Below are positions 8,012 to 11,930 of a stretch of 11,930 nucleotides of DNA, in pieces. Numbering within the stretch: the stretch's first letter is position 1; the number at the start of each line of letters is the position of its first letter. The stretch is taken from IMG/VR virus record IMGVR_UViG_3300028888_000102, one strand, 5' to 3'. A program made the position numbers and the translations under genes. Under the pieces are notes generated by a model. It had not been told where the DNA came from. It saw only the letters and a program-made list of their open reading frames with translations, and searched no databases. This DNA comes from a virus (taxonomy: Duplodnaviria; Heunggongvirae; Uroviricota; Caudoviricetes).

Positions 8012-8072
8012 AGTTCAACTTTGGCGGTGGCTTGTGGTGTAAACCATAGGTCATCGTCCGCGTTTGAGGACT
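8012..8072 (+). other. Long RNA stem-loop with GUAA (GNRA) tetraloop and five G-U pairs
   Basis: 8023-8038 pairs with 8043-8058 in 16 contiguous pairs (11 Watson-Crick, 5 G-U), loop GTAA 8039-8042. A possible lower stem joins 8012-8018 with 8064-8072. No U-tract follows. Confidence 0.7.
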
Positions 8073-8098
8073 ATTAACATATTTTAACCATATATTGT

Positions 8099-8129
8099 TT
8101 TGTATTTACCTGTCTGTGTAGTATATTTG
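8099..8129 (+). promoter_or_regulatory. Bacteroidota sigma70-type promoter P4
   Basis: TTTG (8099-8102), 19-nt spacer, TATATTTG (8122-8129). TTAACA at 8074 and TTAACC at 8084. Confidence 0.8.
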
Positions 8130-8151
8130 CGTAAAAAAAATATGTTACATT

Positions 8152-8826
8152 ATGGATTACAATAAGATGACTGAAAGGTACAAATTCAACAGGAAGATTC
8201 ATGAACAAATCGGAAAATTCATTAAACAATTTCCGGAACTAAGATACGGACAGATACTTGGTAATATTGGTATGACATATCCGTATGATGTTTTTAATGA
8301 TGAGTCGGAAACGTTATATAAAAGAATGTTGGTCAAGGAAAAAGAACTTGGATGGAATGAGAAAACAGACACAAATTTACCATTCAAACAAACAAGGGAT
8401 GTATTAATCGGTTATGAAACGTTCATTCCATTTGATAGTGGAGAATATACTGAACCAGAACTGGTGTGTTCCAAAAATGGATGGCACATTAAAATCTATA
8501 ACGATTTAGATATCTTGTCAATCAGAACAATGCACGGAAGAGAATATTTTGTCTTAGATGAAATGCGTGGAAGACCAAACATGATTAGATATAAACTAAT
8601 AGATGGTAACGAGATAGATTTAAATTCAGATTTTATAACCGAAATAAAACCAGTTGTATTTGTTCATTTTTGGAAAGAAGGTGACGAAGAAATGGATTAT
8701 TCAATATTCTTAAAAAGGAATGACAGGGTGGTAAACGAAATTGAAGACGAGGAAGTTAAGAATAAAGCGCAAAGATTAATAGGAACTAAACTATCATTGC
8801 TATATGGAGACAAGCAAATTTGGTGA
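8152..8826 (+). CDS. Hypothetical protein (224 aa), N-terminal P(D/E)LRxGQ-type small domain fused to an unknown domain
   Basis: ATG downstream of P4. The N-terminus FIKQFPELRYGQIL...DVFNDES resembles a motif I recall from uncharacterised small phage proteins (recollection, not a search). Confidence 0.75.
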   Translation: MDYNKMTERYKFNRKIHEQIGKFIKQFPELRYGQILGNIGMTYPYDVFNDESETLYKRMLVKEKELGWNEKTDTNLPFKQTRDVLIGYETFIPFDSGEYTEPELVCSKNGWHIKIYNDLDILSIRTMHGREYFVLDEMRGRPNMIRYKLIDGNEIDLNSDFITEIKPVVFVHFWKEGDEEMDYSIFLKRNDRVVNEIEDEEVKNKAQRLIGTKLSLLYGDKQIW

Positions 8827-9130
8827 TAACAGACAGATTAACGTAAGGGCTGTATACGATGATGGCGAATCTTTAAAGGAATATTCAAATCAGTTATTCG
8901 ACTTAGAAAATTTAAGTGCGGCCTATGATGATTTCGAGAAATGGTGCTTTACCTTTGCATGTGAAAACTGGCAAATATGTGTGGATGAACGTACACCTTC
9001 AAACATTATTGAATTTGCTTCAAAATTAATAAGCGGAAATAAAAGTATGCTATGTGTTGTGTTTAAGGAAAAATATCAACACACACAAAAATTGTGTTCA
9101 GTAATTTTAGAAATTGTTGATAAAGACTAA
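8804..9130 (+). CDS. Hypothetical protein (108 aa)
   Basis: Fills the gap between neighbours with a 23-nt overlap. No motif recognised. Start uncertain. Confidence 0.65.
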   Translation: METSKFGDNRQINVRAVYDDGESLKEYSNQLFDLENLSAAYDDFEKWCFTFACENWQICVDERTPSNIIEFASKLISGNKSMLCVVFKEKYQHTQKLCSVILEIVDKD

Positions 9131-9136
9131 GATATT

Positions 9137-10138
9137 ATGAGTGTATTTACAAGAAACGCCGGTAAGTTGTTCTATCATGATAAGAACTTGGACTGCTTCA
9201 TTGTTAGGGACGAACCTGTTACTTTGAAAGAGTTGATAAACGATACACCAGGACAATATGATGAAAAACTTTACAATAACCTAAACAAGGATGTTATAAA
9301 CGGAGATTACGTTGATGCTTACTTGTCACTTCCTGTTGGCATCTATAACGAGAAGTACGTATATCGTTGCACCATTCCTGCAGGTATGCCGTTCTATATC
9401 AGTGACAACCTAAAAGAAGTTGCCGCAAAAAAACTTAAGGTGAACGAAAGAATTACTTCACAGCCAGTTTTCAGTGAAGTCCTGGCCAGTGGATATGTTG
9501 AGTGTCTTAGACTTGACCTGTTTAGGGATAACGATAAGGATGAAATCGCTTATTTTGTACTTCTTGGCGGAAAAGTTGTAAACCCATACAGATACACTGG
9601 TACAGGAAGCGATGTTGTCGGTGTGGTTTGCAATCTTCACGATAGCGTTGCAAAAGTGATTGCCATTAATGAGAAGAATTTGGAATGGTCAAACCTTGAA
9701 CCAGATAAAACAAGGATTGTCACCAAAAAACAATATAAGGAAAAGAAACTCGCTCGTGAAGATTTGAATGGATATCAGAATACACATGCTATCACCAAAA
9801 GCAAAAAGTTTAAGCAAGAACATTACCCTGCAGTAGATTATTGTTTGAATTACTCCATCGGTGATTTGGGTAAGGGTAGATGGTTTTTGGGGTCTGCAAG
9901 TGACGTTGTTTCAATGGCAAGAGACAATATGCTTAGAATTAATGCGGCACTTGCAATACTTCAATATAAAGGAATTGATTGTGATTTACTTGACTGCGAT
10001 TGGTATTGGACTTCAACAGAGTATCACGAGAATAGTGTTTGGGCGGTTGTTGTTAATTCCGGTTTCTTGGGGTTTAACGTTAAATCGAAAAAAGGTGGTG
10101 TCAGACCAATGACAATCATAAATTTTGTGCCCAGCTGA
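9137..10138 (+). CDS. DUF1566 / Lcl-like C-type-lectin-fold domain protein (333 aa) with extra N-terminal domain
   Basis: The C-terminal half shows the family pattern GVV...IA...D.NG..NT..I.....YPA..YC.......WFL.S...WYWTSTEY....W.V...G.....K....VRP. Confidence 0.7.
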   Translation: MSVFTRNAGKLFYHDKNLDCFIVRDEPVTLKELINDTPGQYDEKLYNNLNKDVINGDYVDAYLSLPVGIYNEKYVYRCTIPAGMPFYISDNLKEVAAKKLKVNERITSQPVFSEVLASGYVECLRLDLFRDNDKDEIAYFVLLGGKVVNPYRYTGTGSDVVGVVCNLHDSVAKVIAINEKNLEWSNLEPDKTRIVTKKQYKEKKLAREDLNGYQNTHAITKSKKFKQEHYPAVDYCLNYSIGDLGKGRWFLGSASDVVSMARDNMLRINAALAILQYKGIDCDLLDCDWYWTSTEYHENSVWAVVVNSGFLGFNVKSKKGGVRPMTIINFVPS

Positions 10139-10170
10139 CTTGGATTATTGAAAAACGTGTAGTATATTTG
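10139..10170 (+). promoter_or_regulatory. Bacteroidota sigma70-type promoter P5
   Basis: CTTG (10139-10142, one mismatch to TTTG), 20-nt spacer, TATATTTG (10163-10170). Shares gtgtagtatatttgc exactly with P4. Confidence 0.7.
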
Positions 10171-10228
10171 CAACGAAAAATTTAGGGAATGATATACAAG
10201 TTGTCTATACAATTAAAACGAAAAAAAT

Positions 10229-10423
10229 ATGATACAAAAGGATAAAGAAATCACAATTAAATGTGTTAGCGGTGTTGAGGGAAACTCTATATATCTTAAT
10301 GATACAAGAATAGCGGGGTCTAAGCCTTGGGGTGGAGGACATATATTATGGGAAAAGAAAACAAAGATAAGAGATATAGAATTAGCAGTTGGATACTTTT
10401 TCAGCGATGAAGAATGCTTATAA
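10229..10423 (+). CDS. Small hypothetical protein with RIAGSKPWGGG motif (64 aa)
   Basis: A-rich start context (aaaaatATG) downstream of P5. The Gly/Trp motif resembles a small phage protein family I recall, of unknown function. Confidence 0.65.
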   Translation: MIQKDKEITIKCVSGVEGNSIYLNDTRIAGSKPWGGGHILWEKKTKIRDIELAVGYFFSDEECL

Positions 10424-10482
10424 CCAACATATATATCATTATCAAAATTTAATATAATAATAACATTTTAAAACTTAATATT

Positions 10483-11280
10483 TTGGGCTTAGACATTTAT
10501 TTTTACAAGACAAACAAGTATGATGATTGCAAAAGCATTTCAGAATACTACGAAAGGGGCAAGGAAGACCATGAAAAGTACATTGATGACTTAATTCCTA
10601 AATTGGTAAAGGAACTCTCTGAATCTAAGAGATATTCAGAAACATATCATAAGGTTTTCTTCGATGTACTGCCAATGGTTGCACCATGTGACACATGGTT
10701 GTTTGAAGAATATCAAGAGCAAGAAAAGCCATTGGACCAGACAGTTTCATTTCTTGAAGATGACCTAAAAGATAAACTAAAAACATTCTGGGAAAGTGCG
10801 TATTTCAGAAAGGCTAACTTTGTCTACGCGTATTTCAAAGACAAACTTGAAGATGAGTGTTGCTTTGTCACTATGGATGATTTGAAAGATTTGGCTGATA
10901 GGTGTAAGAAAATCATGGACACGGACATCAAGGAATACAGGATGAAAGACGAATTGGAAAAAAAGAATCTCCAAATCGAAATGAGCACTAACAGACTTGT
11001 AGGACTTGTGAACAGGGGAGAAGATACCATTGAAGAACAGACTTACCTTAACGAACTTAAGGCAAAGAAAGAACAAATTGAGAATGAACTCAAGGACATT
11101 GAGGGTAAAACCGGTAATTGTGAAAGATTACTTCCAACACGAAGCGGTTTCTTCTTCGGTAGCACAGATTATGATGATTTATATTTCGCCAAAGTTGAGA
11201 GTTGCTACAATCAAATGTGTTTCTTGATGGATAACTTTGACGAAGAAACGGAAATTATATTTGTTGAAATGAGTTGGTAA
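10483..11280 (+). CDS. Conserved phage protein of the MGLD...RKAN...LPT.SGFFFGSTDYD...SW family, function unknown
   Basis: All family motifs are visible: MGLDIY, YFRKAN, DL.DL..RC, LLPTRSGFFFGSTDYDDLYF and terminal SW. TTG start. Confidence 0.8.
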   Translation: MGLDIYFYKTNKYDDCKSISEYYERGKEDHEKYIDDLIPKLVKELSESKRYSETYHKVFFDVLPMVAPCDTWLFEEYQEQEKPLDQTVSFLEDDLKDKLKTFWESAYFRKANFVYAYFKDKLEDECCFVTMDDLKDLADRCKKIMDTDIKEYRMKDELEKKNLQIEMSTNRLVGLVNRGEDTIEEQTYLNELKAKKEQIENELKDIEGKTGNCERLLPTRSGFFFGSTDYDDLYFAKVESCYNQMCFLMDNFDEETEIIFVEMSW

Positions 11281-11314
11281 AATTTAAAACATCATAAAAA
11301 AATAAAACTGGAAA

Positions 11315-11347
11315 GAATGACCCCAGCCGTGATGGCCAGGGTCATTC
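11315..11347 (-). terminator. Intrinsic-terminator-like hairpin between convergent genes
   Basis: gaatgaccc (11315-11323) pairs perfectly with gggtcattc (11339-11347), with an inner gcc/ggc stem. On the - strand it is followed by UUUCCAGUUUUAUUUUUUU. There is no U-tract on the + strand. Confidence 0.6.
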
Positions 11348-11378
11348 GCTCTATATGTGCGTAGTTCTAAATTACATA

Positions 11379-11930
11379 TTATCCATTTGAAGGAGTGCAA
11401 CCTTCTTCAAGCGGATTCACATCATTTGTGAATGTAATAAATTTCGGAGAACAATTCTTCAGGATAAGACCATGCTTTTTAAGTTTTTCATTAGCATAGG
11501 CGGCAACCATTTCATTAATTTTATCATGGATTGCAGTGTTAATCTTGGTGTCATTAAAATCTGCTGCAAATTCGTTTTCGGTTACTTTTTCCAAATTTCC
11601 GTTAATATTAACAATAGCTTCTGCCTGTGCGTATGTCCACCATGGAAGACCGCCCTTTATTGCATCTAAGGTATAACCCTTAGCAACCATTGTATCAATA
11701 TCAGCATTAACACCATCTTTAACAACATCAAGATACGTTGCATCTGGATTACTGCTATCATGTGAATTCATTGTGAATGTTGTACCATCATAAGTATCAC
11801 CATCCTTAATAAGGTATTGATACCAGAAGTAATACACATTGGTTACACTTGTATCGTAAGTACCATCATTTTTTCTTGGGTTTGTCTTAACCACAACAAC
11901 AGGGAAAATGTCAGCGTTATCTGCTTCACT
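11379..11930 (-). CDS. C-terminal part of a larger hypothetical protein (5' end outside the window)
   Basis: The frame is open to the window edge (...SEADNADIFPVVVVKTNPRK...). Natural composition, TAA stop at 11379-11381, followed by a terminator-like hairpin. Confidence 0.8.
   Translation of the reverse strand, partial: SEADNADIFPVVVVKTNPRKNDGTYDTSVTNVYYFWYQYLIKDGDTYDGTTFTMNSHDSSNPDATYLDVVKDGVNADIDTMVAKGYTLDAIKGGLPWWTYAQAEAIVNINGNLEKVTENEFAADFNDTKINTAIHDKINEMVAAYANEKLKKHGLILKNCSPKFITFTNDVNPLEEGCTPSNG

Noticed and set aside
8012-8072. Hairpin as tRNA fragment, CRISPR repeat or canonical intrinsic terminator
   Set aside because: No cloverleaf, only one copy with no spacers, and no U-tract after the stem on the strand where it folds.
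10126-10142. Possible DGR IMH/hairpin after the lectin-fold gene (cccagctgacttgg)
   Set aside because: Only about 3 bp of pairing, and the sequence is explained by the stop codon plus the P5 -33 element.
339-11227. Antisense and alternate-frame ORFs in the six-frame track (e.g. 339..569-, 566..829-, 1983..2495-, 3458..3868-, 5730..6095-, 6546..6848+, 7021..7305-, 10777..11076-, 11030..11227+)
   Set aside because: They overlap longer, better-supported + strand genes that have promoters and tight operon packing, and they show shadow-ORF composition with no motifs.
10483-11280. 'Phosphoglycerate kinase' label that I recall being attached to this phage family in automated annotations
   Set aside because: No PGK motifs are visible and the protein is too short. 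Left as function unknown.

Overview
Gene-dense, AT-rich window of about 19 ORFs. Eighteen run head-to-tail on the + strand and one partial gene converges from the right on the - strand. Most products are small hypothetical proteins. Five intergenic sites match the established Bacteroidota housekeeping promoter consensus (-33 TTTG, 19-20 nt spacer, -7 TAnnTTTG), and starts lack Shine-Dalgarno motifs. This points to an accessory or early-gene region of a large Bacteroidota-infecting phage. That assignment is an inference: no capsid, terminase, integrase or replication hallmark lies in the window, so another mobile element is not excluded. The recognisable proteins are: an 810-aa fused PD-(D/E)xK nuclease plus gamma-class N6-adenine methyltransferase (Type IIG-like restriction-modification enzyme) with its own promoter; a DUF1566/C-type-lectin-fold protein with a DGR-target-like C-terminus; a lipoprotein; a double-CxxC zinc-ribbon protein; a protein with two SH3-like repeats each followed by a Cys-rich tail; and a member of the widespread phage MGLD...GFFFGSTDYD family. 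Non-coding signals of note are phased TTAACA boxes upstream of the promoters and a 16-bp G-U-rich RNA hairpin with a GNRA loop. No tRNA, rRNA, CRISPR array or reverse transcriptase was seen.
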